NCBI GenBank assembly: GCA_949358305.1
Contig: OX442314.1
Location: 15,066,001-15,130,000, forward strand
Reading direction: 5' to 3'
DNA length: 64,000 nt
DNA from: Strigamia acuminata
Taxonomy: Eukaryota
In this document: positions 1 to 19,121 of the stretch, piece after piece
How the letters are laid out: each line of letters starts with the position of its first letter
How positions within the stretch are numbered: the stretch's first letter is position 1
Translations under genes and position numbers: made by a program
Notes under the pieces: model-generated
Databases searched by the model: none
What the model was told of the DNA's origin: nothing
The model's input: only the letters and a program-made list of their open reading frames with translations

Positions 1-495
1 TGATATAATGATATAACGTGAACTGATTGATGACCGGCATTAATCAATGCTGGTATTCGTTTTGTAAATAAAGTGCCAGGGAGATGAGATCAGGGACTTG
101 TGAAAATGAGCTTTAAAGTATTTAAATTGCTTGTCAACAGATGTCGCATTAAACCAAATCTTTCATTTTATCTTGGTCTGATCGAGGGGGCTGATTTCAG
201 AGAATGAGAGGAATAAGGGTCCTTAGAGTCAGCCCTGAGCTCTAGATTGCATTTAACAAATGTTCCGGTAATTAAACTGATACTTTAGATGTACAATAGT
301 TTTTAAATGAATCATTTCATACTTTTTATTAAAATTGAAAAAAAATTGCACGATTTGAATTTGTTTCATTTTAAACTGGCGCGTCATTAGAAACGACGCT
401 AGTGTACTCTAGTGAATATGAATCATACTAATTCAAATTAACTTTATACCGCCACGCTCTGCAGCGCTGTAGTTGCTCCTTTTTGTAAACACAAC

Positions 496-3400
496 ATGGC
501 CGAAACCGAGAATTCACCTCGTCCATCTACCAGCAAATATACTGATTACGATTATTTTGATGAAACAAACAAGCAAGCAGCAATTCCACTTAAATATGAG
601 CCGTTGTTTCCTTCCAGTAAAAACACAACCCGTGAGTCTAATTGGTATTTTTAAACAAAACTGTTTGACTTATCAATATTTCTAGCTTTGAATACCGGTA
701 ATGATAACCAAGACGACATCAACGGGTCAACATTTCCAGCTGCGTACAGTAGCGAAAATACAAAAAGTAATAACAGGGATTCTCATTCACTGTTTCCAGC
801 AGCTAGTAGTCATGATAGCGCGAACGATAGTAAAGGTAATACATTTAAATGACTTGATTTATTGGATTTCTTATAATTTATACTTTTACAGCTGCCGCGA
901 CTTACAATTGGTTAAATTTTTCAAGCATTACTACTGATGACCTATTTGCTGGATTGTGAGTGACATCTTAGGAAGTTAACGTTTGCTGAAATAAAATTTT
1001 ACATTTATTTTTTAATTTTAAGGAAGGACATACAACACGAAAAGGAAGTGGTTAAGGATGAAAAACCAACGGTACGACGAACTGTACCACGAGATAAAGA
1101 AGAAGAGAAAGTTCAAGCGTCCAAAAGTCATAAAAAGAAGCGTAAACGTTCACCGTCGCCAGATTTGAAACGACAGCAACTGGAAAAGTGATTATTTATG
1201 TTTACATTTTCTTCGATTGGCATTTATTAATTTTGTTTGTTTTTAAAATGCAGCGATTTAATAAGTCAGAACTCGAAGAAGGTTTTCATCGAAGATGTTG
1301 GTTTAATGCCCGGACACGCGTTTCGAGTTGATAGAAAGGCCGAACAAACCAATTTGGCTTTCAGTTGCTTTAATCCCGTTCAGAGTGCTAAATGTTTAAA
1401 GGAAATGAAATTCAGACCGCCGATAGGTTTAACTCCAACTGCAGAAAATGAGTGGTTGAAGGGCCAACGAGGCAAAAAGAAAAGACCCGACAGAAATGCG
1501 CATCGGTATTGTTCCCGACAAAATGTTGCCATTGTACAGAATGAAGAAGGGATTTTAGACATGTCTAAAGATCGACTGAAAATTTGTAAAGAAAAATTTC
1601 AAAATCAATCCACCGTGTCCGAAGATTTTATACCAACAACGTGTTTATCGATACGGGAAAAAAGTAGAAAGGAAAAGGATAATGGAAGCGACAGCGAGGA
1701 AGAAGATTTGAAAGAAACAACGTCGAAATTCATCACTAGGAAAACCTGTGAATACAATCAATACTTGCGAGAAAATCCCAAGGACGAAGACAAGTGGATG
1801 GAGTTTATTAAGTTTCAAGATAATGCAATTGAAGTGACGTTTCAAGATGAAAAAAATAGAAAAGTAAGCGAACGAGCTATTTTTGAACGCAAAATATCCG
1901 TGTTGGACAAAGCGATTGAAACCAATCCCACATCGATTAAGTTAGTGATAGCCAAAATGAAACTGTGCGAACATTATTGGGAATCAGCTGAGCTAAAAAG
2001 AGAATGGCACAAAATTCTATTTACACACCCCAATAGTATTTTAGTGTGGGATAATTATCTTTTGTATTTGCAAAGTCATTTTTCCACCTTCAGCTTCTCG
2101 GCGGTTGTGAAAGGTTATGCGAAATGCTTTTCAAAATTGAACAGTCTTCTCGAGGGCACTTTTATTTCTCATAATCCACCGCCTGATCTTGCGGGTCACA
2201 TGCTACGTAAGTATTTATTACTTTCTTGACCAACAAAATGCATCGTTTAATTTAATATTCATTTAATTTATTTAAAAATAGGAATTCTGCTAAAGTTTTG
2301 TCAATTTCTTCGCCAAGTTGGACACCGGGAAAAGGCACTCGCGTGTTTTCAAGCCATAATGGAATTCAATTTTTTTACTCCTGCATCGCTCAATTTGAAC
2401 ATGAATCTAAACGATTGGTTAGCATTTTTTGAACCATTTTGGGACAGCAGTGTACCTCGTTTCGGTGAAGAAAACGCACCTGGCTGGGCCACATTTATGG
2501 CGAATAAGATGCTACCGGATGGAAATACTGAAATAAATGCGGATAACGAATTGGAAGAAGATAAAATCGTTCAACTGCAACTCGCACGTGAGGAAACGTG
2601 GTGTCGATTAGAGAAAATACGGGAAGAACGTCACTGGTTGCCGTGGAAACCGAATACCATACAGAGCGAAGATGATTGCGAAGATCCCGATCGGATGGTG
2701 CTCGTTGACGATGTCTCGTCATTCTTGTTTCGTTTGAAAACTGCCGAGTTGAAATTTCGTTTAGCCAAAACGTTTTTTATTTTTCTAGGAGTGGGATTCG
2801 AACCACATTTTCTCACTTCCTGTCGGGCGTTAGATTGCCACCCACCGTCAGTCGTGGAATGTCCTTCATCGTGGTCGAATTATCGAAAGTGTTTCGAATA
2901 CAAATACGAGAAAAAATCGTCGTTTCCCAACTTAGTGGACGAAGTCACACCGTTCGTTTTAAATTGTCCGTTTGCTAATTTTGTCGACCGGGTGATTGAA
3001 AAATGTGTTTGTTTATTCGACGAGCCACACAGGACTGAAATTGAGGTTCAATGGCTACAAATGAAACGAATTCATTTGCAAAATGCGAAACTTTCTAATG
3101 TCAAGGATTACAAAAAGGTGTTGAAAGAAACGCGAAAGTTTTTCAAGTCGTTGTTGAAAGAGGAATCAAACAGAAACAAATTAGCCTTGTGGTTGCAGTT
3201 TGTGCAACTGGAATTTGAAAACGGACATTTGGATGAGGCTACGAAAATGATCGACATGATTGTTGCGTCTCAACAGAAAAACGTGTTGGAGTCGAACGAC
3301 TCGTTGCTCTGCGCATTTTATAAATTGTACTCGGAAATTGAATTGACTCGAAACAGCAACACGTGCTTGAACATTCTGATTTCTTTGGCGACTGGAGACA

Positions 3401-4540
3401 AAATTAATTCCGCGATTCAAAATAAGTCGACGGTTACGTTGAAAGTCAAAAGTTTATTCCAACGCAGTGTTAATATTGTGAACGAAAACTACAAGAAAGA
3501 AGTTGAAGATTGTCAGCGTGTTTGGATAAACGGTTCTTCTTTTAGAAAGAGTTTTTTAGTCGAGTGGGTGCCTTGTTGCACTATGTTTTATTATTTAAAT
3601 TCAGGTTTACAAGCGGCAGTGTTATTGTACGAAGGATTTATAGATAAATTAACAAATTTGCTAGAAACACAAGTGGATGTAAATAGAATGTTTGTGAAAT
3701 TAGACTTGGAACAGTTGTATTTCTCCTACATCGGTTTATTATTGCATCATGTGAATACGACGACGGTGTCGTTGAAGATAATGAGAACTGTAGTGGATAG
3801 GGCACTTTTACTTTACCCGCAAAATATACATTTTCTTCAACTTTTAACGGATGTGGAATCCCGGTCACATATTTCTGGACGGCTAAGAAGACATTTTAAT
3901 AAGTCTATGAAACTTAATTGCCATCCAGTGGTTTGTTTTTATGCTGTTGCGGCGGAAATTAGCCGATTGCAGGCTTTAAACACGTCTGAAACGGCGTTTA
4001 TGAACGAAGGTAAGCTTGAAATTTAATTGCCTGCAATTCATGATTTAATTTTTCGTTGTTTGTTAATTTTTTTTTAGGAAATTTTGATTTTGGCAGTGGG
4101 ATTTTGCAAAAAATTCGCTCGTATTTTGAACGAGCGCTGGAATGTGATGAGTGCCAACACTGTCCATTGCTTTGGCGAATGTATTTGAAGTTTGAGGTGA
4201 GTAAAATTTATTTTGTTTGTTTTTCTAATCAATACATGACTTTTTAAAAACGATTTAGATAGAAAATGATAACGAAAAACAGTCGAAAGCAGTTTTCTAT
4301 CGAGCTCTACAACAGTGTGTTTGGAACAAGGTAAACATCATGCAAAATATGAACTAACATCCGCTAATACGTAAACTTTTTACGTAGAAAATATATTTGG
4401 ACGCAACTCGGATTCCAGATAGTCTTCAGGAAATTTTAGACATCATGACAGAAAAAGAAATTCGTGTCAGAATTCCAATTGAAGAAGTCGATTTACTAAT
4501 TAAAGCTGCATCGCAACAACAAGAACTTCTAATACAGTAA
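496..4540 (+). CDS. NRDE2: Nuclear exosome regulator / nuclear RNAi protein NRDE2, 9 coding exons
   Basis: GT-AG exons joined in frame: 496-631, 686-835, 892-955, 1023-1187, 1254-2206, 2282-4009, 4078-4196, 4259-4330, 4388-4540 (TAA). Family motifs: LFP.. and WLNFSS at the N-terminus, YLRENPKDEDKWMEFIKFQD, FLRQVGHREKALACFQAIMEFNFF, FEPFWDSSVPRFGEENAPGW, CEDPDRMVL, CPLLWRMYLKFE, KAVFYRALQQC, MTEKEIRVRIPIEE. Confidence 0.93.
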
Positions 4541-5252
4541 CAAGTAAACAAAACAAAAAGTTGAAATATAATTCCTAGAAATTTATGTCTTATCAAAAAT
4601 TTTTAATATTAAAAATTTTACAAATGTTTGAAATAAAAGACAAACACCTCGTATACAGTACAAGTTTTTTCTTTTTTTCAACTGTTACAGTTGGTTAGGT
4701 CTTTTATTTATTAGCTTTGTTTGGCTCCATTGAAAAATGTCAGTGATCTTTCACCAATCTACATCACGCACAAGCGGCACAGCACACATCCAATTCCAAA
4801 CCTTAAAATAATCTGTGTGACGAGAAAGGAATGCTAAGCATGCGTGTGTTGTCGTCTCTAGATCAGTAGGAGGAAAAACATACTTAAGTACTTAATCCGA
4901 TTTTGTCACCTTATTGCAATGCAGGAAAAAAAACATTTTTGAACATTTTCTCTGTTTTTTAACTAACAAACAAACAAAAAAAGCATCCAAATAAACGAAT
5001 CTGAGACTTGATAGCGTACCGTATTTAGAGATTTAAACTTATTTATGGGTTCAAATCTTTCATTTGTACCATGTATGGTTTAACCACAAAAACGGATTAC
5101 AGATTACAAAAATAATACACTAGCCACAAGGGGCAGCTTGAAGTTTATGGCCAATAAGCTCATTGTTTTGACCTTTGAAAGAAATACTTTTTCAAAGGAC
5201 TAGAGAAGCCATCGAATTGCTAATGGTTCCAGTGAAGACAGCTAGGTACAGC

Positions 5253-5789
5253 TAGGTACATTCCAAAATGCCGTTTTAGGCGTTTCCTGCCCGTTTCGTT
5301 TGTCAGTCATTTTAGACCTGTTTAGGAATGGTCGAACGAAAACCTTTTTTGCCTTCGTTTTAGTAATTTTGTTTTATGAAAGGCAAAAATTTTCCCGTTC
5401 CATATAAGCTTGTTCACGCGTGTTTTTTTTTGGTGGTGTTCTAAACAAAATAATTAAATTAAACATTTTATTACCTCAGTAACATCAATTTTTGAAATTT
5501 TTATCTGCTTACAGAGTCAATTTACCGGTATAAAATATTCGAAGTTTGACTAGAAACAGCCGGTTAAAATCCATGCATCGTCAATTTTTTTGTTTGGAAT
5601 GCAACCAAAAAACACACGTGTGAAAAAAAGGAAGCTTATACGTAACAGGAAAATAGTTGCCTTTCATAAAACGAAATTACTAAAACGAGGGCAAAAAAAT
5701 TTTCGTTTGGCCATTCCTAAACAGGTCTAAAATGACTGCAAAACGAAACGGACAGGAAACGCCTACCATGGCGTTTTGAAATGTACCTA
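5253..5789. mobile_element. MITE / non-autonomous fold-back DNA transposon with ~200 bp imperfect terminal inverted repeats
   Basis: Left arm ~5253-5455 (taggtacattccaaaatgcc...cagtcattttagacctgtttaggaatgg...) is the reverse complement of right arm ~5583-5789 (...ccattcctaaacaggtctaaaatgactg...gaaatgtaccta), roughly 85% identical by eye. TA at both outer ends; no coding capacity. Confidence 0.8.
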
Positions 5790-5966
5790 CTGAAAGCAAA
5801 ATTTTTTATTTTAAATCATGTTGTATTAGGCAGTTACTGGTTATTATATTTTTAATCGAAGCAAAACAGCTGTTAATACACATCGTTTCGTATAAAGATA
5901 CCTTGTATTGCAAGTGTAAAAAGTAGTTACCTAGTACTTAAAAATTGAATAGACTGAGAAAGAAAC

Positions 5967-6864
5967 ATGGTAAGTTTCGATAATTTTTTGTTTACGAATC
6001 ACGTACTAATCGAATTAGAAAATGCAATTTCAGCAAGCACCGACCGTCCTTTCTGTAACATCTATGCTTTTAAGCATAATTCCATTGCTTTGCAACAGTG
6101 AGGTACTTATTTGGTCCGACGAGTTCGATGGAAACTCCATAAATCAGACAAAATGGACTTACTACACCGGCAAAGCTCCTAATAACGAATTGGAGCAATA
6201 CACCAATCGCACTGAAAATGTGTATGTAGAAAATGGACATTTGGTACTCAAAGCAATAAAGGAAAATTATAATGGGCACAATTTTACATCTGGAGAGATT
6301 TATTCCCAATATAAAGGCGATTTTCTTTATTCAACGGTTAAAGTAAGTTTCTATTTATTTTATTTATTTTGTATTTTATTTTGAATTAATGTTGGTTTGA
6401 AGGTCCGAGCCAAACTTCCGTATGGTCGTGGTTTGTGGCCTGCTATTTGGATGCTCCCCACTTATTATAAGCACGGACCAGGAATTGCTAGTGGTGAAAT
6501 TGATATAATGGAATTGCTGGGTGATAAACCAAATAAAATGTACTCGACTTGCCATTTTGGTAAAACATGGACCGATAAGGATAGAAAAAGTTCAAATTAT
6601 GTTCTTCCACACGGGGATTTTTCCGATGACTTCCACGAGTTTAGTATGAAATGGTCTGCTGACTCCGTTCAAATTTACGTCGACAATGTTAAGGTTTTAA
6701 CTTTTAAACCTTCGGATGTCACGAAGAAATATGTATATCCATTTGATGAATATTTTTATGTAATTTTAAATGTAGCTGTCGGAGGAAATTGGCCTGGCTC
6801 GCCTGATGCTTCGACTAAATTTCCTCAAGTCATGTTAGTTGATTATGTAAGGGTTTATAAGTAA
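5967..6864 (+). CDS. Secreted GH16 endo-beta-1,3-glucanase (laminarinase-like), copy 1
   Basis: Exons 5967-5969 (ATG only), 6034-6342, 6403-6864. Hydrophobic signal MQAPTVLSVTSMLLSIIPLLCNS, then WSDEFDG, NNELEQYT, GRGLWPAIWMLP, catalytic EIDIME, ILNVAVGGNWPGSPD, VDYVRVY. Confidence 0.93.
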
Positions 6865-7318
6865 AAACAAAAAAATAAAAAAAAACAATTTTGAGAACTA
6901 CCAAGCTTGTACACCCGAGTGGGAACAGGAGTTAGCCTTATGGAGTCGTTTGCAAGCAGGAAACGAAATATTTCTTACTTTTATCGAAGCTGCTTAAAAA
7001 ACTCGTATTTTTTTCCATAAGTGGGGCTTCACTTTGTTATTGTTACTTCAATTTTACATCAATGGAAGTCAAAAGACTCAAAAGTGTGTGTGCAGGAAAT
7101 TATACCCTACCATAGTAAGGTACTCTCATTATTCTTTTCTGCTGGTTGCAAAAACAGCTGAATACACTGCCTGCAAGCAATTTCGTCTTTAAACATGTGT
7201 CACATTTAGACAATCATCATACATTAAATGAAACAAAACAGCTGTTAATATGTAATATGTAAGGATCACTGTAAAATAGTCGGAACTTGTACAGAAAATT
7301 GAAGTAAAGAGAGATAGC

Positions 7319-8213
7319 ATGGTGAGTAGAACGAATAGATTTTTTTTTTCGTACTAATTTAATTAGAAAATGTAATTTCAGCAAACTCCGATCGTTGTTT
7401 ATGTAACATTTACAATTCTAGATGTAATACCATTGCTATGCAACGGTGATAACCTTATTTGGTCCGACGAGTTTGATGGCAACTCCTTAGATGAGACAAA
7501 ATGGACTTACTACACCGGCAAAGCTCCTAATAACGAATCAGAGCAATACACCAATCGCACTGAAAATGTGTATGTAAAAAATGGACATTTGGGACTGAAA
7601 GCTTTAAATGAAACTTATAAAGGGTACAATTTCACTTCCGGACGAATATTTTCCCAGTACAAAGCCGATTTTCTATACACGATAGTTAAAGTAAGTTCAC
7701 GCGAATTTTTTTTTTTGCATACTCTTTCTAAAATAAATGTTTGGATTAAAGGTTCGGGCCAAACTTCCGTATGGTCGTGGTTTGTGGCCCGCTATCTGGA
7801 TGCTCCCCACTTATCATAAGCACGGACCAGGGATTGCTAGTGGAGAAATTGATATTATGGAGTTATTAGGTGATGAACCAAATAAAATGTACGTGACTTG
7901 TCATTATGGTAAAACATGGACCGATAGAGGACACAAAAGTACAAATTATACTCTTCCTCACGGCGATTTTTCCGATGACTTCCACGAGTTTACCATGAAT
8001 TGGTCACCCAACATGATGCGTTTTCATGTCGACAATGTTGAGATTTTTAATTTTACACGTTCGGATGTTCCAAACAAATATGTGTATCCATTTGATGATT
8101 ATTTTTATTTGGTTTTAAATGTAGCTGTCGGTGGAGATTGGCCTGGTCCGCCAGATAACTCGACTGTTTTCCCTCAAGTTATGCTAGTTGATTATATAAG
8201 AATTTATAATTGA
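7319..8213 (+). CDS. Secreted GH16 endo-beta-1,3-glucanase (laminarinase-like), copy 2 (tandem paralogue)
   Basis: Exons 7319-7321 (ATG only), 7382-7690, 7752-8213. Same intron positions and exon lengths as copy 1; intact EIDIME, WPAIWMLP, VLNVAVGGDWPGPPD, VDYIRIY. Confidence 0.92.
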
Positions 8214-8503
8214 AAACGAAATATATGGTTAGGTCTCTGTAATACAGGTACTGAAGTTTGGACTGCCATGTCCAAATTTGACAATACATACTCACAAGTC
8301 ATGTAAAATCAATACCCATTAAAAATGTTTACATTCTTCACAATAGTGTTCTTTTTTTTATTTTAATCGGTACGGCAAAATTGGATAAAACATGTTTATA
8401 AATTTTTAAAATTTCACTTAAATAAAATTTCTTGATTCATTATCGTATCATCATTTGCCTATAATTAAATAACACATCAATCCATAAAATAATTCGTTCG
8501 TAT

Positions 8504-9545
8504 TTATAATTCATCGTTAATGTCTTCTAGTCCATCGATATAAACATTAACGCGCTCTATGAGATCACGCTCACATTTTCTCCTTTTATTCTCTGGCACT
8601 TTAAGAAGCAAATCCCCTAAATAATCAGTAAAACTAGCTACTGGTGACTCTTTCCTCGCAATAGCTTTTGTAGCTAAGTTCAACTTTTCTTGGATTTCAT
8701 CAAAATAATCGTCACCGGTGGATTTCCGTTTTCTCGGCGGCCTATTTAATTTATTGTCTACTTTTTTCACATCCGATTGACCTTTATCATTGGAATCTTG
8801 ATCGGTTCCCATCTGTAATTATTAATTCGTGTTATCGTAAACAGTTTTCAAACTTTTTCCATTCAGGCTTACATTAAGCTCTAGAATATCCTCAGGAGTA
8901 AACTGATCTCGCACATCATTTCTAGATCAAAAATTAATTGTACGAATATATCCCAAAGTATTAGTTTATTATCAATTTCTTATTAATACTCACTCTCCCT
9001 TAGATAAGACATCTTTTAAAAATAACATTTGGTTAAAGTATGGCCATTTAACTACTTTGCGCTTTTCTTGAATTCCTTCCAAATTATCTCCATTAAGGAC
9101 CTTTCTGGAAGCTCGTATAAGCGGACGAAAAGTGTCCAATAAATTTTTCCATCGTATTTTGCATTCTTTTGCTGCAATATTTGAAGAAAAGAAATTAATA
9201 AAAGTCTATCAAGCCATTACATTTAACGGAAACTTGTTACATATTCAACAGAAACTCTCCAATGGTAACAGCGACTTAACTCAAAGCTCTTACTGAGAGT
9301 TTTTTGAATAAGCAACAATTTTCTATACAATCTAATTCATGTTTGCAACAAGCATTCGTAATTTTCTTTGTAAAGTCACTCCTGCACCTACCAGGAACTT
9401 CTAAAATTCTTGCAATGTCATTCCAACCTTCATCTTTAAGACTTTTATCTCTGTACTCGGCTGATTTTTTATTCCACAATGCATTTCGCTGATTCACTTG
9501 TGAAATTAACCGTTCTCGAAATTCTTTTTCTTTCAGTGAAGACAT
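8504..9545 (-). CDS. MADF (Myb/SANT-like in Adf-1) domain protein with C-terminal BESS-like motif
   Basis: Exons 9545-9392, 9171-8994, 8921-8873, 8812-8504 splice in frame. MADF pattern LISQVNQRNALWNKKSAEYRDKSLKDEGWNDIA...ECKIRWKNLLDTF...KWPYFNQMLFL; C-terminal SFTDYLGDLLLKVPENKRRKCERDLIERV resembles BESS. Confidence 0.85.
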
Positions 9546-10292
9546 TCTCCACTTGTTGTAAACATTTCAACATCTGGAAATAAACAACAATGATAAGAAC
9601 AATATTTATCATTGTCTAGCAATTTAATAACAGTTTAGCAGACGATGTAAAAAAAAAAAAAATAGAAAAAAATTAAGAGAAAAAACGAAAAAGTTCGGTG
9701 CAAAACAAATATTCCCCACCGGTCTATTTGTTGAAGCCAGTTTTATTTTATTTTATTTACTTTGATATTAATTACGCAATTAAAAAAATTATAAACATCG
9801 TAATTTGTTGTGGATCCAAATAAACGCACAATATTTCGAAATGTTTGCCGCTTAATTGGCGAAAATTGATGTAGCAATTTGATCAGACAGTTTGGTTACA
9901 TTTTACGCGTAATAATAGTTCGGTAGCGCATGAAGTGGCATCATCCCACACGATCGTTATCAGCAAGCGCCATCACTTTCTAGCCGAGTGTTTGCGGGCG
10001 AGGCGCATCGCTTTTGTTCTATCGCCATCGCAAACAGTTTTATCGCCTTTTATAACTTATTAAATTCCGACTAACCATCCAGTAACATGCATTTCTCGAA
10101 ACATATATCGAAAAACAATCTTCTAGCATGCAGATAAAAATGATACGGATGCGGTGACAAAAAATATAATACTTACTGCAAATAAAATGCTATGCTATAT
10201 TCATGAATTACGGAAGCTTTACATATGGCGGGAAACAATCCCATAATTCTCTTCCCGCGAGAGCGAGACTGGTGACGAGATATCAAAATAGA

Positions 10293-10307
10293 CCTTCTCT
10301 TCTCTTT
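10293..10307 (+). promoter_or_regulatory. Polypyrimidine TCT/5'TOP initiator of RPS29
   Basis: ccttctcttctcttt ~80 nt upstream of the RPS29 ATG; ribosomal protein genes typically initiate in such tracts. Confidence 0.65.
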
Positions 10308-10382
10308 GATAGCTGTCCTTCCTCGCTGTTCAGTCGAGTTCACAGATTTGAATTATATCGTTTCATTCAATTCAAATAAGCA

Positions 10383-10722
10383 ATGGGTCATGCCAATATT
10401 TGGTTTTCCCATCCAAGGAAGTATGGGCAAGGATCCCGTAGTTGGTGAGTTATTTTCAATAATTGAAAAGATTGAAATGACTGCGTGGCAGAAACACATG
10501 GCGCTTACAGTTAGGCCTAACATGCTTAGTAACCGCATTGCTTTTTATTTTTAGCCGAGTGTGCGCTAATCACCACGGTTTGATCAGGAAGTACGGCCTG
10601 AATATGTGCAGAAGATGCTTCAGACAATATGCTGAAGATATTGGATTCAAAAAGGTATCATGAAATTGTTTCACGGCGTTGTAACGGTGCTAATTGTTTT
10701 TGTTTTCTCGCAGTTGGATTAA
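10383..10722 (+). CDS. RPS29: 40S ribosomal protein S29 (uS14)
   Basis: Exons 10383-10444, 10555-10654, 10714-10722 give 56 aa: [56 protein letters not shown], with C-x2-C...C-x2-C zinc ligands. AATAAA at 10782. Confidence 0.97.
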
Positions 10723-10861
10723 GTTTCAAGAAACAAGTTATTCGAAATTTGGCATAATTGTATACTCGTATATGTCATTAAAATAAATGTAAAACCAACA
10801 TTTAAGATTCACGTTTTATTTCTATTTATTAATACGTTATGGTGGTACTAATACAATGTAT

Positions 10862-17276
<6,415 letters not shown>

Positions 17277-17608
17277 TTCGGCTTTCAAATGGTACTTTAT
17301 TCACACAGATTTGGCAATAAACAATCAGTAGTCTCCAAAAACTTTAAGCATACAAGAGGAAGCGAGCGGAAGCGAGTTTGCTGATGCAACTCTGGGCCTT
17401 GCTCTGGGCATCTATAATTTCCAGCCGATCGCGATCAAGGTTGAAAGACCCAAACCGTAATTGGATGCATTTATAATACGACAAACAGAAATAGAATTTT
17501 GATATATAAATGTACTATATTTTTGTTTTGTACGTATGTTTAATTTTAAAAATTATATTGTTTTAACTTCGGTTTAAACAATTATTAGCATTGCAACTTC
17601 CGTTCAAA
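17277..17608. promoter_or_regulatory. Short divergent (bidirectional) promoter region between EPRS and EGLN
   Basis: Start codons only 332 bp apart on opposite strands; ETS-like GCGGAAG near 17366; YY1-like AAAATGGCGG over the EGLN ATG. Confidence 0.6.

Positions 17609-19121
<1,513 letters not shown>

Noticed and set aside
4700..4965. Possible small spliced minus-strand gene ending ...LELDVCCAACA*
   Set aside because: Splice-like sites exist, but no consistent upstream reading frame could be built.
5017..5075. Hairpin agagatttaaacttat/atgggttcaaatcttt as a possible miRNA
   Set aside because: Stem short and AT-rich; matches no miRNA I recognise.
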